A stretch of 63,260 nucleotides of DNA, filler included, from Hyphochytrium catenoides (taxonomy: Eukaryota; Protista; Hyphochytriomycota), in assembly GCA_900088475.1 (NCBI GenBank). It is 7 parts of 7 records of this genome, joined end to end, with 100 filler letters (N's around TTAATTAATTAA, not from the genome) between each part and the next. Parts side by side here need not be neighbours in the genome. Positions count along the whole stretch, not along the records: positions 1 to 29,420 come from FLMG01000401.1; positions 29,521 to 35,062 come from FLMG01001388.1; positions 35,163 to 37,498 come from FLMG01002778.1; 4 more parts are not named here. The stretch is one strand, 5' to 3'. Positions 27,137-37,598 of the stretch are shown in pieces (position 1 is the stretch's first letter; every line of letters starts with the position of its first letter). The notes under the pieces were generated by a model. It did not search any database. It saw nothing but the letters and a program-made list of their open reading frames with translations, and was not told the origin of the DNA. The position numbers and the translations under genes are program-made.

Positions 27137-29420
27137 AGGTTACTCGGTCAAACTGATGTTGCACAACTTTGGGTTTATTCCTCATGGTGATCATCCGATG
27201 AGTATATGACTGGTTGACGATGGAGAAGACGAATTTAAAAGAAAGGCACGTCTACATGGATTCAGCCAAGCCCGAGTTTCTTGATATTGGGCTACTTGAT
27301 CANNNNNNNNNNNNNNNNNNNNNNNNAAATGTTTTATAGTTCCGCATCTGCCCCCAACCAGTAATTTTGTTCTTTGGTTTATATTTCTCACAGGCGGCTA
27401 CCGCCTTCCTCCCAGTAGAAGAGGTGCAAGTAATTACTACACTGAATGTAGTGCCACCACCGGCTGGATTTAAATGAGTAAATCACCCTTTTGACCATAC
27501 ATCATCATGAGTAGGGAACTGGTTAACCCTATGCAACAAAGCCAATGCTTGGCAAACCTCCTTTCAGTATTGTGCCGAGACTAATCCTTCTTTCGCCCAC
27601 CCATCCTGCTCAAACAAAACCTGTCCTAACTATCATACCTAGCCGTACAAATGAAGGACGAACTTGGAGTAATCACACACTAGTTGCCCAACTCAATTGG
27701 AACCGTTCTTATCTTTCCCTTTTTAATGATAATTCTGGGTGAGCAACAAGGTGCCTAGCGCCGCTTCGGAAACCGGTACAGCTAGTAGTAGCTGCAAAAC
27801 GAGTTGGCTTTACACAAGGCAGATCAGCGGAAAAAGCTCCAGAGCAGCTAATATAGGCACTTTTTTCGCTAACTTAGTAGATTACACCTACATCATCGTA
27901 AAATGTCTGTTGGTCTGAAGCTCGACAATACTCCGTAGTTAAATCGGCGTCACGAAGAGCCCCACCAGTAACCTCTATCCTTCTTGTCATGAAATCATGA
28001 ATCATCAGTCTTTCATCATTGTCTCTAGTATCATATGTTACGAAGAGCACCACCACTGATAGCGCATACAGAATGCACTATGCACTTTTTACATGAAGCT
28101 GCGGTGCTCCTCCTGTTGCCCTAAAAAGTGTCGCCGCAGGATGTCTTCTGCTAATAACTGTAAGAACAGTAAGGTTCTTACGAAGCGAGTGCACAGAGTA
28201 AGCGAAGGTTCTTGCTAGTAAGAGGTGGTAAGATATCTTCTAAGGTCAATGGTGTGACACTGTTGTTGATGTCATTGAGAATAGTGGAGTGAGCAGTGAA
28301 GGATAAATGGTAACCTCACTGTCCCTATACCTAAGAGTCCTACTCATGGNNNNNNNNNNNNNNNNNNNNNNNNNNNNNNNNNNNNNNTGCCAGTGTGGTC
28401 ACAGGATAAGGCTTTGTGTCATAAATCTTGTGACACCTATACTGGCTGCCAGTCAATGCCTGTCAGCTTGCCCCATTATTGATCGTTGCGACTCAAGTGT
28501 GAGAGTCCCACATGCTCCAACATAACAAACAAATGAGCTCCTTCTTGAGAGCAAATCGGCGAGGATGATAATATTTCTCTTCCGAAGTATCGTTATCCCC
28601 TCGCTCAACTAAAGATATTTTAAGCGGGGGTGAGGAAAAAGAGTCAGGTGAGTTACAGCCATCATTATACCAAATCAGGAAAGTATTTATTGAAGTAATA
28701 ATGCCGATGGGCTCCTTCTTAGGCCGACTGCTTTACAACAACAACGACAACAAGCAGTAATAAATTAAGACTCCTCCAACAACATTGAGTTGGTCATTCA
28801 TCCCCTACCACAGCAGACAAAGACCAAGACGACAACGAAGAGAGCCATCAAAGTCTGAGCTGACCATACAAAAAGAAAAAAGAGACATGAAAAGGCCCCT
28901 TCTTCAGCGATTGAGAAAGAGTGCCCCTCTCCGCTATTATACGTCAAAGGAGCTGCTCGATACAGTCGTGACCGTAATGGATGAACGACTAGCATAAGAG
29001 AGTTGGCGCTGCCAATCCAGTAATCAACCACGGGAAAGAAAAAGTGACACCAAAGAGAACTTTATGTTGAGTGATATAATGCTCGTTGTCAGTAATCACT
29101 CTCTATACACACCTCTCAGAGGCATAGTCGTTACCGGTATAACTGTGTTATGGGTGAAGAGATATGTGAGGAGATTCCCTGACGTCTTCTTGTGAGCAAA
29201 AGGACTTTGTTAGGAGGAGGATGAAACGAGGCGCAGATTGATCAGCAGAGCTCCAAAAGAGAGATCCCTTGAGTTAGTTCACAGATAATCATCATCTGTT
29301 GAACTGTGATCGACGCTGAAACCAAAAAATGTACAGCGGACGACGCAGGGGGGAAAATCCCTGGTATATAAACAAAAACGGAGATTAGTCAAGAGTACGT
29401 TTGGTGTATGGTGCATACTG

Positions 29421-29520
29421 NNNNNNNNNNNNNNNNNNNNNNNNNNNNNNNNNNNNNNNNNNNNTTAATTAATTAANNNNNNNNNNNNNNNNNNNNNNNN
29501 NNNNNNNNNNNNNNNNNNNN
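29421..29520. other. Artificial contig linker (N44-TTAATTAATTAA-N44); also at 35063-35162, 37499-37598, 52967-53066, 56393-56492 and 62077-62176
   Basis: An identical 100-nt construct with stops in all six frames occurs six times, and genes are cut at several of them. Confidence 0.97.
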
Positions 29521-29637
29521 CTGCTGCTGCTGCTGGTGGCCGGTAGTAGTCCTGCTGCTAGTACTATGTATAGGGTCTGCGGCTGCTGCTGGTGGCCGGT
29601 AGTCCTGCTGGTACTATGTATAGGGTCTGCTGCTGGT
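29521..29637. repeat. Imperfect tandem repeat (about 50-60 bp x2) with CTG triplets
   Basis: GCTGCTGCTGGTGGCCGGTAG..GTACTATGTATAGGGTCTGC occurs twice. Confidence 0.8.
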
Positions 29638-30209
29638 GATGGCGCAAGAGAGACAGAGGAGGAGGAGGATGTTATGGTCACCTTAGGGGCATTCTTCGCT
29701 CTTCACTGCGTTTAGTTCTGTCTGTACTGGGGGAGGATTGGGGATGAAACGGCTTGAGGGAAGATATTTCCAAATTTCCCCCTGGAGTTAGGCCGGGATG
29801 TCCAGCCAGGTGGCCTCCTGGAGCAAAGGGAATGGTGTTGCTGCTTGTCCAAGAAGGAGGAAGAAGAAGGAAGAAGGCGCAAGGCGATTGTTGATCAGTG
29901 AGGCAGCGGTTCCTTGCTTCTTCCAGGAAGAGAGACACGAGAAAGAGAGCGTTGTCGTGGAGGGCTAGCAGGCTTCTCCATCAAAGCGTTTCTTCGCTGG
30001 GAGGCCAAGAGGCCAAGCTTCATCGACGCAGTTGAGCGATTGCATGTGTTTACAGAGAAGAACGCCTCAGCATCTTCACAATCAGTCACCAGAAGAGCAG
30101 CAACTGGTGCTCGTCCATTTACAGCTCGCTCCTCACTTCTTCTCCAGCTTCGACTCCCAGGAGTGGTTCACAGAGATATTTCCCGCTCAGGCGGCTTTGT
30201 CTGACCACG

Positions 30210-30493
30210 ATGCCACCGCGTCCTCCACCTCCTCCTCCACAGAACTATCTGTCGTTTAAGAACTACCTGGTCCTCTTTGGAGCAGCTATGGGCTCTCTTT
30301 TCGCCGGAGCCTCCGTGGTGCACAACATCCTCAAGCCTGACTTGGTAGGAGCATACGAAGAATTTATCGCTCCTTAGATGGCCATCCCTTTTGATCTAAC
30401 TTTCCACTATATTAGACGCTACCAGATCTGGAGGCTGAATCGCAGCAGAAGAAGGCTGCTCAGCCGACTTCAGAAGACCAAAAAAGAGCTTAA
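30210..30493 (+). CDS. UQCC6: BRAWNIN/UQCC6 (DUF4516)-like 70-aa mitochondrial microprotein; 2 exons; absent from the ORF track
   Basis: Exons 30210-30344 and 30416-30493 (GTAGGA..CTAAC..TTAG intron) give MPPRPPPPPPQNYLSFKNYLVLFGAAMGSLFAGASVVHNILKPDLTLPDLEAESQQKKAAQPTSEDQKRA, matching the family motif AGAxVVHxxxxPDLTxP. Confidence 0.8.
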
Positions 30494-31066
30494 CCAGCGC
30501 TTTGAGCCGTCAGGGGTCTTGGCCTAAAGACTTGACAGCTACGTGCTTCGCCGCCCAGTTCTTCTCTTCCGTTGGAGCTGTTGAAAAGCCCCACCACTCT
30601 GACAAGACATAATCCGCCTCCAGGTTGAGGCCTTCTCAAGCTGAGAAAAAATTGTCATGTCCTCAATCCATCTTACCGCAGCTTCTTGCACTGAGAAACT
30701 CTTCCTGCTCTCTTTCTCTATACTGGCTTGCAGGCAATGTCAAAAAGACCCTCTCTCTCTCTCTCTCTCTTGGGCTTGCTGAGAAGTTTGACGGCGCCAA
30801 AGATCGAGTCAGAAGGTCCTGCTGCTCCCATTTGGCCCTGCCTCCACACTTCGCAGCAGTATGCTGGCGGGTAGAGTAACCCTTAAGGCATCTATGAACA
30901 TCAAGGCAAGCACTGGCAGTGCTCCTCGTGCAATATTTACTGCTTAACGTAATAGACAAGTGAGTGGACCCTCTCTCTCTGACACGTTCTGTCGTCGGTG
31001 CTCTCAGCGCACAATGCATTTCGTTCAAAACAGTACAATGTCCCTCTCTGGCATTAGCTCTTCTAC

Positions 31067-32402
31067 TCAGTGCCCAGACGAAGGGATACTGCTATATGCG
31101 CGTGTAAGCATCCTCCTTCGCCTAGACTTGACGAAGAGGAAAATGGCCGCCGCTCCAACCATCAGGGCAAATAGACACGCAGCTGCCCCAGTCAGCGACT
31201 TGTTGGCGGCGTACGACCCTGCGCCTGAGATCATGCTATCTGAAGACCAGTACGAGACAGAGCCATCCTCTACATTCCCTACAAAAGTTCAGCACTGAGT
31301 TAGATACAGCGCAAGAGCCACTGACAAAACTCCATCGCTAACCAGCGATTGTCAAAGCCGGAAGAGAAAAGCTGCAAAGTTGCATTGATGCTTATGACGA
31401 TTGGACAGGAAGTAATGGCTCGAAGGATGTGCTGAGGTTGGGCAAGAGTCAGCTAGAAGAAACGGTAGAACACGAAGAGGGAAGCTTAGTCGTTAGGGCG
31501 TTACCTGCCGTCTGAGCTATTAAAGCTTGGGCGTCTGCCTTGTGCTTCACAACTTCAGCCCAGTGCTCCGCGTCATCATCCTCTTCTTCATCGTCGTCGT
31601 CTTCCTCTTCCTCCGTATCCTTCTTTTTCAATTTCAGTTGGCTCTTCTTCCACTTCTTATGCTTTTTCTCTTTCTTGTCCTCCTCCTCTTCAGCCTCGTC
31701 GTCCTCCACATCGCCTTCGTTCTTAGCCTCTTCCAAAGGAACCAGCGAAGACTGCACCAGCTGGTACTGCTCCTCTGCCCAAGGTTGCCAGACCACGTCT
31801 ACCTTGAGAAGTTGCGCAGAACTTGGATCCAGGGGCAAACAGTCACCCGATGTAGATTTGAGACCTTTTTCCCCAACGTACCTTCACAGAGGCAGACAGC
31901 GATGATGAGAGACAAGTTACACTAGGATCACGCCAAACTCCCGGCAGAGAGGGAGACAGAGAGGGAAAGAGACAGACAAGAGATGCCATGGTGAAGCTGC
32001 ACGGCCCACTAGCGACCGTCCCATGAGAGAAAGTACAACATCGCAGTAGCCCAAAGAATGAGGACGTAAGTGAAGAGAGAAAAGAGGAGTGCGACGTTGG
32101 CAGGAGTAACCATACCGTGGGCCCTTGTCTGAGACATGACAGCTTGTTGATCGAGCAACCTTAAGCTTTAGCGTGTACTTGATGCCAGCTACAACCTGGC
32201 GAGTCCCTGACAAGAGGCTTACAAGTTCCCACTCATAAGTCTCCTGCGCCTTCTCCTTCAGCTCGGTCTTGTTTAACTCTCCGACAGCATATAATGCGGC
32301 TTTGAAGGCGCCAACGCATTGCTCATCTCTGTCAAGCAGTTGCTCAGGATCCGTCTTTCGACATTTTGAAGAGATCTCCTTTCTGCCTCCGGGCCTTCCC
32401 AT
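31067..32402 (-). CDS. Cystatin-domain protein with an acidic/basic linker and a C-terminal TM anchor
   Basis: PGG..QVVAG..C..C..WQPW cystatin motifs; E/D/K-rich linker; TM AAACLFALMVGAAAIFLFV then KSRRRR; stop TGA at 31067-31069. The true start is uncertain. Confidence 0.78.
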
Positions 32403-33242
32403 CCTTTACTCACAGAAACTCCTTGTTATATGTACTCCTTGACCTGGCTCACTCGCTTGTCTATTATCTGACTCTCCGTTTCTCTCTGGCACTGATGCAG
32501 ACGCAGATCTTTACCCTGACAATCTATCAACGTCTTCTCTGTCTTCAGATGTCGCCAGACGAAGTTTCTACACTCTGCCAGAGCTCTTTGATGGTTTCCT
32601 CAGATTTTGCAGACGGCTGCTGTTCGTTCTCTTCTTCTTCTCTCTTTCGCCGTTCTTTCCTATCTATATCAATGTTCTGGCCAACTTAATTGGTGGATAA
32701 CCCCCACTCTGTGTGGTATCACTCTCACTCTTTTTGCGTCTCCTCTCTGCCAAATTTGTCCTTCCCAGGACATCCAAAAATATGCCGATTATTACCCCAA
32801 AGGTGGGTCTAAGTAGAGGGGTTTGTGCCTCATCACCCATACGTAAGCCGCCTAAGGTTTTCCCCAAACACCAGAACAGAACCTTGACACAATAATAGAA
32901 CTTCCAGGACCTCTATACAGGGGCCACACCATTTATCAGGGCGTTAGCAATAGCACTCAGATGTACTTGCCCCTCCATACAGGTTCCAAAGAACCTGGTA
33001 CAATTTACCGGTCTCTGTAGTCTGAGAGAGCTGAGCTGGCAGCTCATTGTTTGCCAGCAAGACATCCAGTGGACGACCGGAGAGACACTGCGCCACGCGG
33101 CAGCCTTGTCAGACGATGGGCCCATCTAAAGAGTGAGTGCCGTATGGTGTCAATAAATGCATGATAATAATATGTTTGTTAGCCCTCGTATAAGTCGCTC
33201 TACTATTGGTACATGGAGTGGCCGCATCTCTGAGGTAGATTT

Positions 33243-34292
33243 TCATCTCCCGAAGAGGATGAAGTAAAACATGAGCATCAGACCAAAGCCAATGAGGCCT
33301 ACTGCCGCATAAACAATGAGCTTCTGGCGCTGATCGCGGGCCATCATACGGGAGATTATCCGCCGAGCATCTGTGGTGAGCCCCTTCACCTCTTTAACCT
33401 GCATTGGCAGTTCAAAGATGGGAGCAAGGAAGCGACAGGAACATAGATGGAGGTGCAAAAGGAGGAGCAAAAAAAGAGATTAGTGATTGCGAAATCAAAA
33501 GACATTTTACGGGAAAGGAGGCCGAGGAGCTGACCTTGGAATGCGTAGACTGGATTTTTTCCCTATTCCGAGCGAGCTCATCTGTTATTGTCACTGCCAC
33601 CTCCTCTGTCTCAGCCACTCGCCGACGGGCCTCTTCTATCTTATCCGTCGTAGACCGCAGTTTGTCCGTAGCCTCTGCCATTCTCTTTCTCTGATCATTG
33701 CTAGTCGACTGCAGTAACGTTAGATCGTCTTTTTACGAGCTCCTGATCCCGAAACCTTACTTACCGCAACGCCCTGGCTGTCTCTTTTGTCTCCCATTAG
33801 ACCCTCTCTTTCCGCCTTCTGTCTCTCGCGCATATAGTCATCGCGGAGGGTCTTTAGGGTGTTTTTGTAAGCGCCAACCTAGTGGTCAAGCTAAGCGTTT
33901 GAACAGGATGGGCGACGTCAAGAATCGACCATCATCTTACCTTCTTCTGAAGTTCACGGCGGGTGGCTGGGTCTTGGGTGCGGACTTCAAGATCCATCTG
34001 CTGTACCTATGGCACGGAACAGAAAGTAAGGCCCCAAGCGCGTGCCGTACAGGACTGAGGTTCTAACCTACCACTTGATTGGCTTGGTCCAAGAAGGAGT
34101 CTATTAGCTTCAGCGTGGACTTCTTCTTCTCTACGTAGACAGAATCGGAGTTAGTGAGTCAGAGAGACCACGAGAGCTTGTGCCAGTACTACCTGCATCA
34201 TCTTCGTAAGAAGACACCTGGCTGATCTTCTGCTGAATATCAGAAGTGAGCGACTTGTACTCCTCATCATAACCATCAAAGACGGAGGTCAT
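33243..34292 (-). CDS. VTI1: Vti1-family Qb-SNARE
   Basis: MTSVFDGYDEEYKSLTSDI..|..QMDLEVRTQDPATRRELQKK|VGAYKNTL..; SNARE helix EARRRVAETEEVAVTITDELARNREKI; C-terminal TM. Confidence 0.9.
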
Positions 34293-35162
34293 GATCGCTA
34301 GCTACGGGAGAGCTTCAAACCCTCTCCAACGAACACCTGACGATATAACTCAGCTCTATGATCCTGAAAAACCCTCCGGCCAGCGGCGACCTCACTGCAG
34401 AAGCAAGTGACTTCTGGCCCTCAAAGCTTTTCTGTCGACCTTTCTCAAGTAGGGGATTGGAGCTGCGGATATTCCTCTGAAATTTTTCTGCTTGAGTCTT
34501 CACTAAGAAGTAATGAGGAGTCTTATGGTGAGATTGGTTGCTGCGGGGGGCTTCCTTGTGCTTGTCAAAACGCGATGCGAGAGCTCCAAATTTAGCTGTG
34601 AAGATGAAGCTTTGAGGCCTGACCGGACTGAGAGTCCTGTTTCTTTCTTTCTTTCTCCTTGCAAAGCTTCCCTATGGATGGGCAGTGCAAATCGACGATA
34701 GGCGGCATCTCAATTCCGAATTAGCGGTTGCTGCACAATCGTACTTACAGTAATGTACACATTGCACAATCCCACTACCGTACGGTACATACATTACTGT
34801 AAGGTGATGTATGGAGTGTGAACAAAGAACAGAAGTGTTGTCGGACGCTACATCCGGAATAATAACTTGCCATGTGTGAGAACTCTCATAGAACTGTCAG
34901 CCGTCAGTAATCAATTTGTCTTCACATAAGGTTATCTTTTACTTAAAGTCTATTTAGAGATCGTTTTCGCGATGATGAATTGAGACACAAAGCTTCACAG
35001 CCCAGAATCATCTGCGGAGCGAAAGCCGATAAGCCTGGCTTCTAGCCTGACTGAAGCCGATANNNNNNNNNNNNNNNNNNNNNNNNNNNNNNNNNNNNNN
35101 NNNNNNTTAATTAATTAANNNNNNNNNNNNNNNNNNNNNNNNNNNNNNNNNNNNNNNNNNNN

Positions 35163-35791
35163 ACCTGTCCTTTGGACCGCAAACTCATTCCACTCCGAGA
35201 GATGGAGCTCTTTGTCGACAGCTAAGATAAATACGGAAGACTTTAGTGGTTCCACATCACATACAAAGGCGCCGTACGAAGCGCGCTGGCTCTCTGGGAA
35301 AGACACTCGGACGTCATCTTCCCCCGTCTTTGGATCATCTCTCTCTCCTTTGGTCTCAATCTCCGAGGAGGTAGGAAATGCTTCTGCATGTAAAGCGGGT
35401 TTAACCGGAGAGCTAGATACGGCGGTAGAATCATCGCCAGAGACTGAAAGGTCCGAGGAAGTCTTGGCCATGTAAGCTGCTGACGAAGAGGATCCCCTTG
35501 CCGGCGATATCACTTGAGTTCTCAAATAGGTCGCTGGTGGGAATTATAATGACGAGAGAAGTGAGCTTCATTGGCGAGACAGATACGTCGTCGCCTTCAT
35601 TGTCTACCTGACACAAGGTGCAAGAACTTCACAAGCTTAGCTCTGGGTAGCTCCAAAACAGCTCCGGGGTCGCCTTCCTCCAAAATTGCTGGCGCACCAT
35701 CTCCAAAGCATTCCTTAACCTGCTTCACAGCTAACCCATGGATCATCGGTGGCTGCTGGACCATGGGCCCAACATCTCCCGTCGCAGCCAT
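35163..35791 (-). CDS. 5' fragment of a PAS-domain signalling protein, truncated at a linker
   Basis: Ends in VFILAVDKELHLSEWNEFAVQRTG, a typical PAS N-terminal motif (I..vD.....i..WN.....ltG). The upstream exon from ATG 35791 can be spliced in frame. Confidence 0.55.
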
Positions 35792-36512
35792 ACCAGCAGA
35801 GTTGGAGGCGCTAGAGACTTTTTTTCTTCTCTTATATCTTCCAAAGAGTGTGGGACCGCATGAGAAAACTCTTCCCCATCAATAGCGAAGTGACTAGTCA
35901 GCTCTAGCCAGAGCACTGGCGGCGAGATCCCAGGAATATCGCGGTCCAAGAAAGAGAGGGCCTCTTAGAGCTGGAGCGGCGCTAGTGGTATCTGTGGCCC
36001 GCTGTTCCTTGGCAGCACGATCACTTCTTTGGACACTAGTTTCCTAGTGTTGAAGATAGGCTGCACTGAGGCCAAGACAGGCAACGACAGTGTGTCTCTT
36101 AGTCAAGCCCCCAGAAAGGTTGAGAAGGGCAGGGCGGACTGGCGGGAGAACCTCGTGATGGCGGCAGTTCTGTCAACACATCATCAGAACCTCTGTCAGA
36201 ATCAGATCTGGCACATGTGATAATCATTGAGTAGTAACTGGTCCGGCGGTCTCTACTAAAGGGTTATCTGGAATCTGGATTCTGATGATCTTGCAAACAG
36301 ATCGTGCCTCGACCAGCGCTGGGCCAACAGAACCCAAACATGCTGGTCACTGAGCAGCTGTATCGCAGTTAGCCATCTCGCAGAGACCTACTCAGCGGGC
36401 TGGCCAGGATGCACTGGCACACTGTCGTGCTCTGAGGAAGTCAATAGTAATAAACACTCTGCTTTGTCCATCCCATGGCCCTCTCGGCCGGCACCGCTGG
36501 AAGAGCTCTACA

Positions 36513-36587
36513 TGGTGCATTCGCCGGGAATCGAACCCCGACCGCTTCCGTGAAGGGAAGAATCGGAACCATTCTTAGACACGAAGC
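36513..36587 (-). pseudogene. Degenerate tRNA-Gly-like sequence with genomically encoded 3' CCA
   Basis: Minus strand: GCTTCGTGTCTAAGAATGGTTCCGATTCTTCC-CTTCAC-GGAAGCGGTCGGGGTTCGATTCCCGGCGAATGCA-CCA. The T loop and 3' end are Gly-like; the anticodon loop is only 6 nt and the acceptor 5' strand is one base short. Confidence 0.7.
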
Positions 36588-37598
36588 TATTATTAGCGTT
36601 TGTTTAATTGTTGGTATCCCTCGCTTATGTGGGGCCTGGTCTGAGTCTACTTCGTAGTTTGCAGAGGCTCCTTCACGGCTATGATGGGGCTTATGCCCTG
36701 CGGCCATTTTGGCTTACTTTGTATCCCTAGTATGGCCTGATTTCTTCTGGCGTAGGGTTAGGGTTGGCTGACAGTGACTATGAGAACCTTGGTAATGACT
36801 GTCTTAGAAGCTGTTAGTACTTACGTGTTAACTCTCACGAGCACTTCAAGCTCCCACCACGGTATAGTATGAGCGAGAGGCGCATAGTTGCTCATTAGCA
36901 GGAGACTGTAAGAGCCAAGCCCAAGAGGGACAGCATGAGAAGCATTGGAGGAACAACATCTACGAAATGAGCCCTGCGTCTTCTTTGGGGATCACATTGG
37001 TCTTCCAGGGGCGACCTTTGCCTTAGCTGTCCTTACTACTCTCAAAGCCGGATCACCTTTGACCTAGGACACTGTTTCGGCGACGATGTATCGAAACGAG
37101 TAAGTGATTCCTCGCACTTCATCAGTATTTGCTGAGAACCTTAGTAAAGAGGAAAGCTGCGTTGGGCACTAACAGACAAGGCATCAAAGACGTCGAGCGG
37201 ACGAGAGAGAAGAGCCCAAAAAGCAAGCTTCAGGCGGGAGGAGAAAGAAAATCAAGGAGAGGCAAAAGAAGTGTGAGACGCTAGTGAACTCACTCCCCAG
37301 AGTTAATCCATTAATCATAGTGATGAGAAGCAAAACAAGGCTAGCTACTAGGAAAACCTCCACCAGAACCTACTCTCTCCTCAGATGGGGAGAGGAGACC
37401 GTCATGGAGGGTAAGGCTACGAACAAGAAGAGATTCCAAGCACTTAGTAGTACGTGTTTCTCTCCAACCAGGACGGCTCCTGAACCACCTTCCCATCCNN
37501 NNNNNNNNNNNNNNNNNNNNNNNNNNNNNNNNNNNNNNNNNNTTAATTAATTAANNNNNNNNNNNNNNNNNNNNNNNNNNNNNNNNNNNNNNNNNNNN

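Noticed and set aside
24200-29420. Protein-coding genes in the triplet-rich/AT-richer end of scaffold 1
   Set aside because: Short ORFs show no motifs or consistent exon chain. The region is probably decayed repeats, but I cannot assign a family.
32540-33125. Possible small spliced gene on the minus strand between the cystatin and VTI1
   Set aside because: Splice-like sites exist, but several incompatible frames are possible and none gives a recognisable protein.
36513-36587. tRNA-Sec or UGA suppressor (UCA in the loop)
   Set aside because: The loop is only 6 nt, there is no long variable arm, and the acceptor/T arm are Gly-like. TGA is used as an ordinary stop in SIN3, VTI1 and the cystatin gene.
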